A stretch of DNA of 64,000 nucleotides from Polyangia bacterium (lineage in GTDB: Bacteria > Myxococcota_A > Polyangia > Fen-1088). The translations under genes were made by a program, and so were the position numbers. Of this stretch, positions 1 to 8,632 are shown in pieces; position 1 is the stretch's first letter, and each line of letters begins with the position of its first letter. The stretch covers positions 3,521 to 67,520 of the forward strand of contig DASXOE010000048.1 of the NCBI GenBank assembly GCA_036494575.1, written 5' to 3'. The notes beneath the pieces were generated by a model that did no database searches, had not been told where the DNA came from, and saw only the letters and a program-made list of their open reading frames with translations.

Positions 1-1
1 G

Positions 2-943
2 ATGTTGTGCGGGTGGCCGCCGTTCACGTCGGCGGGCCACGGCGAGCTCCTCCACCTGCACATCGCCGTCCCGCCCGTGCCGCCGCGCTCGTACAACAAG
101 AACATCTCGGAGGCGCTCGAGGCCGTCATCCTCAAGACCCTCGCGAAGCAGCCGGACGCGCGCCAGCAGACGATGCGCGAGCTCGAGCGCGCCCTGCGCG
201 GCCTGCGCACGGACGCCCTCGCGATCCCCGACGGGGGCTCACGCGCCGCCGCGCCGCGGGTCGCGTCGGGAACCGCCCCCGCCGCCGTCCAGACCACGTT
301 CTCGGCGGCCATGGGCACCATCGAGCCTTCGACCCAGAAGATGCGGTCGTCGGCTTGGCGCTGGGTCGCGGTGCTCGGCGGGCTCGCGCTCGCGGGCGTC
401 GCCGCCAGCGTGATCTTCGGCCGCGGCGCCGCGCCGTCCCGCTCGCGCCCCGCGACCAAATTCACCACCGCGGCCGAGGCGGCGCCGCCTTTGCCCGCCG
501 CGCCTTTGCCCGCCGCGCTTTTGCCCGCCGCGCCTTTGCCCGCCGCGCCGGCACCTCCGTCCGCGCCTGCCGCGCCTGCCGCGCCGGCACCGCCGCCCGT
601 GCCCGCTCCACCGGCGCCAGCGAAGGCGGCCGTCGCCATCTCCTCGGAGCCGCCGGGCGCGCGCGTCGTGCGCGCGAGCGACGGCGCCGACATCGGCGTC
701 ACGCCGTTTCGCGAGTCCTGGCCCGTGGGCGCCGGCGTCGAGAACCTGCGCATCGAGCTGCCCGGCTACCGGCCCGAGCCGTTCGTCGTGCCGCTCGACC
801 GCGGCGTCGATCTCCACTTCGTGCTCGACAAGCTCCCCGCGCCACCTTCCGAGAAGAGGCGCGCGCGTCGACACGCCACGCCCGCGACGGCGACGCCGCC
901 GGTGCCCGTCGACGAACCCGACCTGGAGCCGGCCCTGCTGTGA
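2..943 (+). CDS. Ser/Thr protein kinase, C-terminal part (5' end lies outside the window), followed by a TM helix, a Pro/Ala linker and a PEGA-like domain
   Basis: The ORF is open from the window edge. 'GWPPF...ISEALEAVILKTLAKQPDARQQTMRELERAL' looks like the C-lobe of a Hanks-type kinase. It is followed by the hydrophobic helix 'WRWVAVLGGLALAGVAASVIF', a Pro/Ala-rich stretch, and 'ISSEPPGARVV...GVTPF...LRIELPGYRPEPFVV' (PEGA-like). Confidence 0.8.
   Translation: MLCGWPPFTSAGHGELLHLHIAVPPVPPRSYNKNISEALEAVILKTLAKQPDARQQTMRELERALRGLRTDALAIPDGGSRAAAPRVASGTAPAAVQTTFSAAMGTIEPSTQKMRSSAWRWVAVLGGLALAGVAASVIFGRGAAPSRSRPATKFTTAAEAAPPLPAAPLPAALLPAAPLPAAPAPPSAPAAPAAPAPPPVPAPPAPAKAAVAISSEPPGARVVRASDGADIGVTPFRESWPVGAGVENLRIELPGYRPEPFVVPLDRGVDLHFVLDKLPAPPSEKRRARRHATPATATPPVPVDEPDLEPALL
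488..547. repeat. 4 x 15-bp in-frame tandem repeat (cctttgcccgccgcg) encoding (A)PLPAA units in the kinase linker
   Basis: Four consecutive 15-mers were read directly at 488-502, 503-517, 518-532 (one mismatch) and 533-547. Confidence 0.9.
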
Positions 944-997
944 CGAGCGCTGCTCCGTGAGCGTGGGTGCGCTTGGGAACGAACGCGACCCGGCGAG

Positions 998-1804
998 CTA
1001 CTGAATCTCGAGGAGCTCGAGCTCGTACACCAGATCGCCTTTGGGTTGCCCGCGCGCCGCTTGCGCCCCGAAGGCAAGGTCGCGCGGGATCCACAGCCGC
1101 ACCTTGTCGCCGACGCCCATCTGCAAGAGCGCCTCGCGCCACCCGCGCATGACGCCGGTCATCGGGAAGATCGCCGGGTGGTGCGCCATCACCGACGATT
1201 CGATGAGGCGGCCGTCCGCGCTCCAGCCCGAGAAGTCCAGCTTCACCTGGTTGGCATCCTGAGGGTGCTGGCTGCCCTTGCCCTTCTTGAGCGTCTCGAT
1301 CACCAGGCCCGATGAGGTCCTCCGCGCGCCGGCCGGCGGCGCCTTCAAGTCGCTGGGCGTGGGCGGCGCCGCGACGATCTCGTAGAGCTCGATGTCGAGC
1401 GTGACGTCGACGGACGGGGGCGCGTCGTCGTCGTCGGGGCGGAACGTCAGGCGCGCGGGCACCCACACCCGACACAGCTCGCCGGGGACCATCTTCTTCA
1501 AGGCCTCCGCGACGCCGGGGAACGCCGTCACGAGACATTGGCTCTGGGGGTCCCTCCAGCGGCGCGTGTCCGAGAGGAACGTGCCGTCGCGCTTCCAGGC
1601 GGAAAAGTGCAGCTTCACGCAGTCATTGGCGCGCGGGTGCTGCCTCCCGCGCCCGCGCCGCAAGATCTCGATGGCGACGCCCGACGGAGTCTTGAGCGCG
1701 CCGGCGGGCGGAGCCGCGACGTCGTACGGCGCCGGGAGCTGGCCCGGCGCTGCAGGGGGCGCATTCGCGGCGAGGCAGAGGACGAATGCGAGCGCGGCGA
1801 TCAC
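998..1804 (-). CDS. Secreted FKBP-type peptidyl-prolyl cis-trans isomerase with two tandem FKBP domains
   Basis: GTG start at 1804 and a hydrophobic N-terminus 'IAALAFVLCLAANA'. There are two internally repeated halves: 'GVAIEILRRGRGRQHPRANDCVKLHFSAWKRDG' and 'GLVIETLKKGKGSQHPQDANQVKLDFSGWSADG'. Each is followed by a 'V..W.P..L.FG'-type FKBP C-terminal segment. Confidence 0.8.
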   Translation of the reverse strand: MIAALAFVLCLAANAPPAAPGQLPAPYDVAAPPAGALKTPSGVAIEILRRGRGRQHPRANDCVKLHFSAWKRDGTFLSDTRRWRDPQSQCLVTAFPGVAEALKKMVPGELCRVWVPARLTFRPDDDDAPPSVDVTLDIELYEIVAAPPTPSDLKAPPAGARRTSSGLVIETLKKGKGSQHPQDANQVKLDFSGWSADGRLIESSVMAHHPAIFPMTGVMRGWREALLQMGVGDKVRLWIPRDLAFGAQAARGQPKGDLVYELELLEIQ

Positions 1805-1911
1805 CCGCGGCGTGCCAGCTTGAAGTAGTCGAGCGTGACGCGCTCGTTGCCGTTGGTGACGTTGCCGCTGAAAATGTCATACGCGCCGCCGCAGTCCTGT
1901 CTCGAGCTCAT
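1801..1911 (-). CDS. Small ORF (36 aa, MSSRQDCGGAYDIFSGNVTNGNERVTLDYFKLARRG), translationally coupled to the FKBP gene
   Basis: The ATG at 1911 is preceded by 'GAGGAAGGGGGCCAC'. 32 of 36 codons end in G/C (counted). Its TGA overlaps the GTG start of the FKBP gene (GTGA at 1801-1804). I recognised no homology. Confidence 0.35.
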   Translation of the reverse strand: MSSRQDCGGAYDIFSGNVTNGNERVTLDYFKLARRG

Positions 1912-3016
1912 GTGGCCCCCTTCCTCTCGAAGCCGGCCATCGGCGCGACCGCCAAGAATGCGGCGCAATTGCTCAGTCGCGTTCGGACGGTAAGTGTCGT
2001 TTCCAGCCTTGTCAACGCCGCGACGCTCTCGGCGGGGACGAGAATTCAGCTGCCGCACCCCGTCGACGCGGCTTCATCGGGACTCGTTTCTACAGTTGTT
2101 CGGGTCGGGTGAAGACACGTCCGCTATGATCACATCGTGAAGTTACCCCTCGTGGTCGCGGCGATCGTGACCCTCGGATACGGCGGGCGTGCCCTCCAGA
2201 TGCCGAGCAATGGGTCCGGTCCGGGACCGCAAAGCGCCTCGACGACAGTGACCCGTCTTTGATCCAGGCGCGCGACGCCTTCGTCGCTTCGGGCCTCGAC
2301 ATCCGAGCACTCATCGCCGCCGTGACGACGACGGACGCGTTTCTCACGCCCTAGACTGCGCGCCCCGCGGCGCTGCTTCGAGCGATTGCGCGCGCTCGGA
2401 TTTCGTACTATCGCAGCATCAGAGCGCATGACTTCGAGAGGCGGCGGGCACTTGACGTTGGTTCGCGGCGACCCAGATCAGTTCGGTGAAGGCGAGCGGC
2501 ATGGCTGACGGCGGCGACGGCGGATCGGCCCGCGAGGTTGGCCCGTGGGATGGGTGGGTCGATCGCCGCGGAAACGCATGCTCGCTGCGCGAAATTCGCG
2601 GACGGCCTGTCGTCATCGCCGTTTCGCGCGCATTGCCGCTCGATGACGACGCGACGACGGCGCCGCTGCGCGCCGAGTTACGCGGGCTCGGCGCCGCGCT
2701 CGTCGCCGTGACGCCCCGGGGCGTCACGTTGCTCCAACCCGACGATGCGAGCGAGCCCCTGCGTCGGAGCCAAGAGCTGGATCAGACGAAGGCGGCGCGC
2801 GGGCTGCGCGTCGCGCTGGGATGTGTCGAGGGCGCCGATGCCGACGGCGCCGACGACGAGGACTGGCCGTTGACGCTGATCATGCTGGACGAGGACGGGC
2901 CGGCATGGCGGTGGAACGGCCCGGCGCCCCGCTCGGACGACGTCGGGACGCTGCTTCATGCGCTCCGCCGCGCCGCCGAGCTCGGCTCGTCGACGGCGCC
3001 CGCGGAGGGCTTGACC

Positions 3017-3577
3017 ATGACGCGGCGAACGATGTTGGCCGCTTCGCTGGCCGCGGCGCTCGCGGCGGCGCTGGCGGAGCCGCGTGCAGCGGGCGCCTCG
3101 CCGGCGGTGCCGGCCGGCGCCGGCCCGGTCACGCTCGAGGTGAACGGCACGAGGCACACCCTCGCCATCGAGCCGCGCGTGACGCTGCTCGATGCCCTGC
3201 GCGAGCACCTTGGGCTGCCCGGGACGAAGAAGGGCTGCGATCACGGACAGTGCGGCGCGTGCACGGTCCTCGTCGACGGGCGCCGCATCAACTCGTGCCT
3301 GACGCTCGCGATCATGCAGCAGGGCACGAAGATCACGACGATTGAAGGGCTGGCGCGCGGCGCCGAGCTGCATCCGCTGCAGGCGGCGTTCCTCGAGCAC
3401 GATGGCTTCCAGTGCGGCTACTGCACGCCCGGTCAGATCATATCGGCGGTCGGCCTGCTCGCTGAGGGGCACGCGCGGTCGGCCGACGACATCCGCGAGC
3501 AGATGAGCGGGAACCTTTGCCGTTGCGGCGCGTACCCGAACATCGTGGCCGCCATCGAGAGCGTGCGGAAGGGCTGA
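3017..3577 (+). CDS. (2Fe-2S)-binding small subunit of a xanthine dehydrogenase/aldehyde oxidase family enzyme, with a twin-arginine signal (PaoA-like)
   Basis: '[20 protein letters not shown]' is Tat-like. '[12 protein letters not shown]' and '[13 protein letters not shown]...CRCGAY' are the two [2Fe-2S] motifs. The start is uncertain because the frame stays open and coding-like back to 2486 (see findings). Confidence 0.85.
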   Translation: MTRRTMLAASLAAALAAALAEPRAAGASPAVPAGAGPVTLEVNGTRHTLAIEPRVTLLDALREHLGLPGTKKGCDHGQCGACTVLVDGRRINSCLTLAIMQQGTKITTIEGLARGAELHPLQAAFLEHDGFQCGYCTPGQIISAVGLLAEGHARSADDIREQMSGNLCRCGAYPNIVAAIESVRKG

Positions 3578-3581
3578 GCGC

Positions 3582-4565
3582 ATGCGGCCGGTTCGCTACC
3601 TCAAGGTCACGACGGTCGACGCGGCGGTCGCGGCGACGCGCGCGGCGCCGGACGCGGCCTTTCTCGCGGGGGGCACCTCCCTGATCGATCTCATGAAGCT
3701 CGACGTGCTCGACCCGGCGGAGCTCGTCGACGTCAACGCGCTGCCGCTCGCGAAGATCGAGGTCGCGCACGACGGGCTGCACGTCGGCGCCATGGTGCGG
3801 AACAGCGATCTGGCCCGGCACCTCGACGTGGTCGCGCGCTACCCGTTGTTGTCGGAGGCGTTGCTCGCGGGCGCGAGCCCGCAGCTGCGCAACATGGCGA
3901 CCGTGGGCGGCAACCTGCTACAGCGCACGCGCTGCTACTACTTTCGCGATCCGGCCACCCCCTGCAACAAGCGCGCGCCAGGCGCGGGCTGCGGCGCGCT
4001 CGACGGCTACAACCGGATGCACGCCGTGCTCGGCACGAGCGACAAGTGCATCGCCGCGAACCCCTCCGACATGTGCGTCGCGCTGCTGGCGCTCGACGCC
4101 GTCGTTCACACGCGCGGGCCCGCGGGGCCGCGCCAGATCCCGATCGCCGAGTTTCACGTCCTGCCCGGCGAGCACCCCGAGCGTGAGAGCGTGCTCGCGC
4201 AGGGCGAGCTCGTCACGGGCGTGAGCCTGCCCGCGCGGCCGGAATTCGCGCAGTCGCGCTACCTCAAGGTGCGGGACCGCGCGTCGTATGCGTTCGCGCT
4301 CGTCTCCGTGGGCGCGGCGCTGCGCATCGAGGACGGCGTCGTGCGCGAGGCGCGGCTCGCGCTCGGCGGCGTCGGCACGAAGCCGTGGCGCGCCGTCGAG
4401 GCCGAACGCCTGCTCGTGGGGCAGCGCCCGGAGCGCGCGGCCTTCACGCGCGCCGCCGAGGCCGCGCTCGCGGGCGCGAAGCCGCGCAAGCACAATGCCT
4501 TCAAGGTGCCGCTCGCGCGCCGGGCCATCGTGCGCGCCCTCGCGACGGTGAAGGGGGCCACGTGA
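3582..4565 (+). CDS. FAD-binding medium subunit of a xanthine dehydrogenase/aldehyde oxidase family enzyme (PaoB/CoxM-like)
   Basis: 'FLAGGTSLIDLMKL', 'ATVGGNL' and a 'CNKR.PG.GC' segment are typical of the FAD_binding_5/CO_deh_flav_C subunits. The gene lies between the Fe-S and Mo subunit genes. Confidence 0.85.
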   Translation: MRPVRYLKVTTVDAAVAATRAAPDAAFLAGGTSLIDLMKLDVLDPAELVDVNALPLAKIEVAHDGLHVGAMVRNSDLARHLDVVARYPLLSEALLAGASPQLRNMATVGGNLLQRTRCYYFRDPATPCNKRAPGAGCGALDGYNRMHAVLGTSDKCIAANPSDMCVALLALDAVVHTRGPAGPRQIPIAEFHVLPGEHPERESVLAQGELVTGVSLPARPEFAQSRYLKVRDRASYAFALVSVGAALRIEDGVVREARLALGGVGTKPWRAVEAERLLVGQRPERAAFTRAAEAALAGAKPRKHNAFKVPLARRAIVRALATVKGAT

Positions 4566-6835
4566 GCGCCGACGACAAAGCCGGCGCCGCGCCCGCCCTG
4601 CCGCTGCGGGGCGATCCCATCGATCGCGTCGACGGCCGCCTCAAGGTCACGGGCGCGGCCGCCTACGCCGCCGAGGTCGACGTGGCGCGCGTCGCCCACG
4701 CGGTGCTCATCGTCAGCTCGGTGGCGCGCGGGAGGATCACGCACATCGACACGAGCGCGGCGCGCGGCGCGCCGGGCGTGCTGGCCATAATCACCCACGA
4801 AAATGTCGGGCCCGTGCCGCGCCAACCGGATCTCGCGCACAAGGCCTCCCAGGGCGATCGCGTGCTGCAGATCTTCGAGGACGACCTCGTGCGCTACAGC
4901 AACCAGCCCATCGGCGTCGCCGTGGCCGACACGCTCGAGCGCGCGCGCCACGCCGCGCGCCTCGTCACCGTGCGCTACGAGACCGAGCCGCCGACCGTGA
5001 GCCTGCCCGAGTCCTCCGAGGCCGAGAAGCCTTCTCCGCCGCGCGGCGCCGACCCGTCGCAGAAGCAGCCGCTCGACTTCATGCGCGGCGATCCGGCCGT
5101 GGGGCTTGTCGCGTCCGCCGTCCGCGTCGACCACGTCTACACGACGCCGTTCGAGACGCACAACCCGATGGAGATGCACGCCACGATCGCCGCCTGGCAC
5201 GGGCCGCAGCACCTGACGGTGTACGATTCGACGCAAGGGATCTTCGAGGTCCGCCGCAAGCTCGGCGCGTCGCTGGGCATCCCCAAGGAGAACGTCCGCG
5301 TCATCTCGAAGTTCGTGGGCGGCGGGTTCGGCAGCAAGGGCTCGTGCTGGTCGAACGTCGTCATCGCGGCGCTGGCCGCCCGCCACGTCAAGCAGCCCGT
5401 GAAGCTCATGGTGTCGCGCCCGCAGATGTTTGGGCTCGTGGGGTTTCGTCCGCAGACGCGCCAGCACGTCGTGCTCGGCGCCGCGAAGGACGGCCGGCTC
5501 ACGCTCATCCGCCACGAGAGCCGATCGAGCACGTCGCGCTTTGACGAGTTCGTCGAGCACACGACGGCGCCCACGCGCGCGCTCTACTGGTGCCCGAACA
5601 TCCACACGAGCGAGCGGCTCACGCCCCTCGACACGGGGACGCCGCAGTTCATGCGCGCGCCGGGCGAATCGACGGGCAGCTTCGCGATGGAGTGCGCCAT
5701 GGACGAGCTCGCCGTGGCCATGGGGATCGATCCCGTGGAGCTGCGGCTGCGCAACCACGCCGACGCCGATCCGGAGTCGGGAAAGCCGTGGTCGTCGAAG
5801 TCGCTCAAGGCGTGCTACCAGCGGGCCGCCGAGCGCTTCGGCTGGCGGCGGCGCGATCCGCGGCCGGGCTCGATGTCGACGTCGACGAAGGAAGGCAACC
5901 AGCTCGTCGGGTGGGGGATGGCGACGGCCACCTATCCCGCGCACCAGCGCGGCGCCAAGGCGGGAGCGACGCTGCGCCCCGACGGGACGGCGTCGGTCAA
6001 GGCGGGCTCGCAGGACATCGGCACGGGCACCTACACGGTCATGACCCAGGTGGCGGCCGAGACGCTGGGGCTGCCCCTCGCGCGCGTGACCTTCGATCTG
6101 GGCGACACGGACATGCCGGAGACGCCGGGGTCGGGCGGCTCGACGACGGCGGCCAGCGTGGGCTCGGCGGTCCGCCTCGTTTGCCTCGCGCTGCGAGAGA
6201 AGCTCGCCGCGCTCACCGTGGGCGACGCGCGCTCGCCGCTCACCGGCGGCGCGGCCCGCGACCTGCGCCTCGACGGCGCGCGCGTGACGCTCGCGGGCAG
6301 CGGCCGCGCCGAGGCCCTCGCGGCCGTCTTCGCGCGCAACAAGCTCGAGACGCTCGAGGTGACTCAGGAGGCGAAGTCCTTCGAAGGGCGGCGCGATTTC
6401 GCGACGCGTTCTTTCGGCGCTCAGTTCGTCGAGGTGCGGATCGATCGCGACTTCGGCGAGGTGCGCGTCGCGCGCGTGGTGAGCGCCTTCGCCGCCGGAC
6501 GCATCCTCAACGCCAAGACGGCGCGCAGCCAGTTCATCGGCGGGATCGTGTGGGGCATCGGCATGGGCCTGCACGAGCAGACCGTTTACGACGAACGGCT
6601 CGGACGCGTCATGAACGCCGATCTGGCCGAGTATCAGGTCCCCGTGAACCTGGACGTGCCGCCCGTCGACGTCATCTTCGTCGACGAGGACGATCCTCAC
6701 GTCAATCAGGTGGGCGTCAAGGGCATCGGCGAGATCGGCATCACGGGCGTCGCCGCCGCCATCGCGAACGCCGTCTACCACGCCACGGGCAAGCGCGTGC
6801 GCGATCTGCCGATCACCCCGGACAAGCTGCTGTGA
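4562..6835 (+). CDS. Molybdopterin-binding large subunit of a xanthine dehydrogenase/aldehyde oxidase family enzyme (PaoC-like)
   Basis: The GTG at 4562 overlaps the upstream stop (GTGA). 'IDRVDGRLKVTGAAAYAAE', 'GGGFGSKG', 'MRAPGE' and 'GSQDIGTG' are characteristic blocks of this family. Confidence 0.9.
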   Translation: MSADDKAGAAPALPLRGDPIDRVDGRLKVTGAAAYAAEVDVARVAHAVLIVSSVARGRITHIDTSAARGAPGVLAIITHENVGPVPRQPDLAHKASQGDRVLQIFEDDLVRYSNQPIGVAVADTLERARHAARLVTVRYETEPPTVSLPESSEAEKPSPPRGADPSQKQPLDFMRGDPAVGLVASAVRVDHVYTTPFETHNPMEMHATIAAWHGPQHLTVYDSTQGIFEVRRKLGASLGIPKENVRVISKFVGGGFGSKGSCWSNVVIAALAARHVKQPVKLMVSRPQMFGLVGFRPQTRQHVVLGAAKDGRLTLIRHESRSSTSRFDEFVEHTTAPTRALYWCPNIHTSERLTPLDTGTPQFMRAPGESTGSFAMECAMDELAVAMGIDPVELRLRNHADADPESGKPWSSKSLKACYQRAAERFGWRRRDPRPGSMSTSTKEGNQLVGWGMATATYPAHQRGAKAGATLRPDGTASVKAGSQDIGTGTYTVMTQVAAETLGLPLARVTFDLGDTDMPETPGSGGSTTAASVGSAVRLVCLALREKLAALTVGDARSPLTGGAARDLRLDGARVTLAGSGRAEALAAVFARNKLETLEVTQEAKSFEGRRDFATRSFGAQFVEVRIDRDFGEVRVARVVSAFAAGRILNAKTARSQFIGGIVWGIGMGLHEQTVYDERLGRVMNADLAEYQVPVNLDVPPVDVIFVDEDDPHVNQVGVKGIGEIGITGVAAAIANAVYHATGKRVRDLPITPDKLL

Positions 6836-6859
6836 CGAGACCGCCTGGCAGACCGTTCC

Positions 6860-8038
6860 ATGAGTGAGCTGCGCGCCTTGATGGCGGCGGCCCGTGCGCT
6901 CCGCCGGACGAACGCGCCCTTCGTCACGGCCACGCTGGTCTCGGTCAAGGGGTCGTCCTACCGGCGCCCGGGCGCGCGGCTGCTCATCGCGGACGATCGC
7001 TGGATCTGCGGTTCCGTGAGCGGCGGCTGCCTCGAACGCGATCTCGTGCGGCGCGCCTGGTGGCGGACCGCCGACGGCCAGCCTGCGCTCGTCTCGTACG
7101 ACTCCACGAACGACGGCGACGACGATCTCGGTTGGGGCATCGGCCTCGGGTGCAACGGCGTCGTCGAGCTGCTGCTCGAGCGCGCCGGCGTGGGCGCCGC
7201 CGCCGTCGACGCCCTGGATTTCATCGACGGCTGTCTCGCGGACGAGCAGCCCGGCGCGCTCGTGACGCTCTTCCGCTCGCCGCGCGGAGACGGAGCTGCG
7301 GCCGAGATTGCGCTCGGCGCCTGTCTCGCGGTGCGCGCGGACCGGCCGCTGCTGTCGAGGCTCGGCTCGCTCGTGCCCGCGGTGCACGAATCGCTCGCGT
7401 GCGAGGCACGCGCGGTCCTCGCGACGCCGGGCGCTCGTCCGTCGACGGTCGCGCTCGCCGGCGGCGCCGAGGCCCTCGTCGAGCGCGTCGAGCCGCCGCC
7501 CCATCTCTTCGTCATGGGCGCTCGCCCCGACGCCGTGCCGGTCGTGCGGGCGGCGCGCGCCGTGGGCTGGAGGGTCACGGTGTGGGCCGGGCCCTCTTCC
7601 GCCGAGGCGCGACGTCAGCTCGCCTCAGCCTCCCGCATCGTGGCCGGGCCGGCCCGCGACCTGGCGGCCGACGTGGCCGCCGCTCATCGGCCCGTCGCCG
7701 TCGTCATGACCCACGACGTCGACCGCGACCGCGAAGCGCTCGCGATGCTGCTGGCGTCACGCTGCCCTTACGTCGGCGTGCTCGGGCCGCGCGCCCGCAC
7801 GGACAGATTGCTGGCCGCGCTGGGCGCGCCCTCGCGTCCGGGGACGCCGCTCGCGCAGCGGCTGCACGCCCCCATCGGGCTCGCCCTCGGCGCCGAGACG
7901 CCCGACGAGGTCGCTCTGGCGATCGTCGCGGAGATCCAGGCCGTCGTCGCGGGCGAGGTCGTGGGTCACCTGCGCGACCGCCCCGGGCGCATTCACGCGG
8001 CGCCCGCGGTGGAGCAACACCGCGAGGCGGCGGAGTAG
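6860..8038 (+). CDS. XdhC/CoxI/PaoD-family molybdoenzyme maturation chaperone
   Basis: The N-terminus 'ATLVSVKGSSYRRPGARLLI...GSVSGGCLE' and the Rossmann-like 'HLFVMGARPDAVPV' second domain fit this family. The gene sits directly after the Mo subunit. Confidence 0.85.
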   Translation: MSELRALMAAARALRRTNAPFVTATLVSVKGSSYRRPGARLLIADDRWICGSVSGGCLERDLVRRAWWRTADGQPALVSYDSTNDGDDDLGWGIGLGCNGVVELLLERAGVGAAAVDALDFIDGCLADEQPGALVTLFRSPRGDGAAAEIALGACLAVRADRPLLSRLGSLVPAVHESLACEARAVLATPGARPSTVALAGGAEALVERVEPPPHLFVMGARPDAVPVVRAARAVGWRVTVWAGPSSAEARRQLASASRIVAGPARDLAADVAAAHRPVAVVMTHDVDRDREALAMLLASRCPYVGVLGPRARTDRLLAALGAPSRPGTPLAQRLHAPIGLALGAETPDEVALAIVAEIQAVVAGEVVGHLRDRPGRIHAAPAVEQHREAAE

Positions 8039-8041
8039 CGC

Positions 8042-8632
8042 GTGGCGTTCGCGATCGGGTGCGCCGTGCTGGCCGCCGGCGCGTCGAGGCGGCTCGGACG
8101 CCCCAAGCAGCTCGTGCTCGTCGACGGCGTGCCGCTGATTCGCCACGTCGCGATCGCGGCCGTGCGCTCGCGCTGCGCGCGCGTCGCGATCGTGCTGGGC
8201 GCGAACGCCGCCGAGGTCGCGCCCACGCTCGAGGGCCTCGACGTCGAATGTGTCGACAACCCCGACTGGGCGGAGGGCATGGCGGCGTCCGTGCGCGCCG
8301 CGGCCGCGTGGGCGGGCCGCCACGCGCTCGACGCTCTGCTCCTGGCGGTCGCCGATCAGCCGCGTCTCTCGTCGCTCCACCTCGACGCCCTGATCGCCGC
8401 ATCGAACGACGGCGAACGAGCGGCGGCATCCGCCTATGGTGGGCAGCTGGGCGTGCCGGCGCTCTTCCCAAGGAGCTGGAACCCGCGGCTCGCGCTTCTC
8501 CGCGGCGACGCCGGTGCGCGCCATCTCTTGCGCGCGTCCGAGGAGCTCGTCGCGCCCGTCGCGTGGCAGGCTGGCGCTCTCGACGTCGACCGGCCCGAAG
8601 ACCTGAGCGCTATCCGCGTCGGCGACGCGTGA
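8042..8632 (+). CDS. MobA-like NTP transferase (molybdenum cofactor cytidylyl/guanylyl-transferase, MocA-like)
   Basis: GTG start. 'GCAVLAAGASRRLGRPKQL' is the LAAGxSxRxG nucleotide-binding signature. It is the last gene of the molybdoenzyme operon. Confidence 0.8.
   Translation: MAFAIGCAVLAAGASRRLGRPKQLVLVDGVPLIRHVAIAAVRSRCARVAIVLGANAAEVAPTLEGLDVECVDNPDWAEGMAASVRAAAAWAGRHALDALLLAVADQPRLSSLHLDALIAASNDGERAAASAYGGQLGVPALFPRSWNPRLALLRGDAGARHLLRASEELVAPVAWQAGALDVDRPEDLSAIRVGDA

Noticed and set aside
4259-7504. A 1081-aa ORF on the minus strand spanning the Mo-subunit and XdhC genes. The same type occurs at 7060-8961(+), 7757-8845(-), 14027-15256(-), 14870-17308(+), 25613-28225(-), 28398-30221(-), 41382-44363(+), 44327-46864(-), 54150-56474(+) and 58538-60235(-).
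   Set aside because: These ORFs are antisense or out of frame to genes with unambiguous family motifs. Their translations are monotonous Arg/Gly/Ala/Pro/Asp-rich strings with no recognisable domains. Long spurious ORFs are expected in very GC-rich DNA because stop codons are AT-rich.
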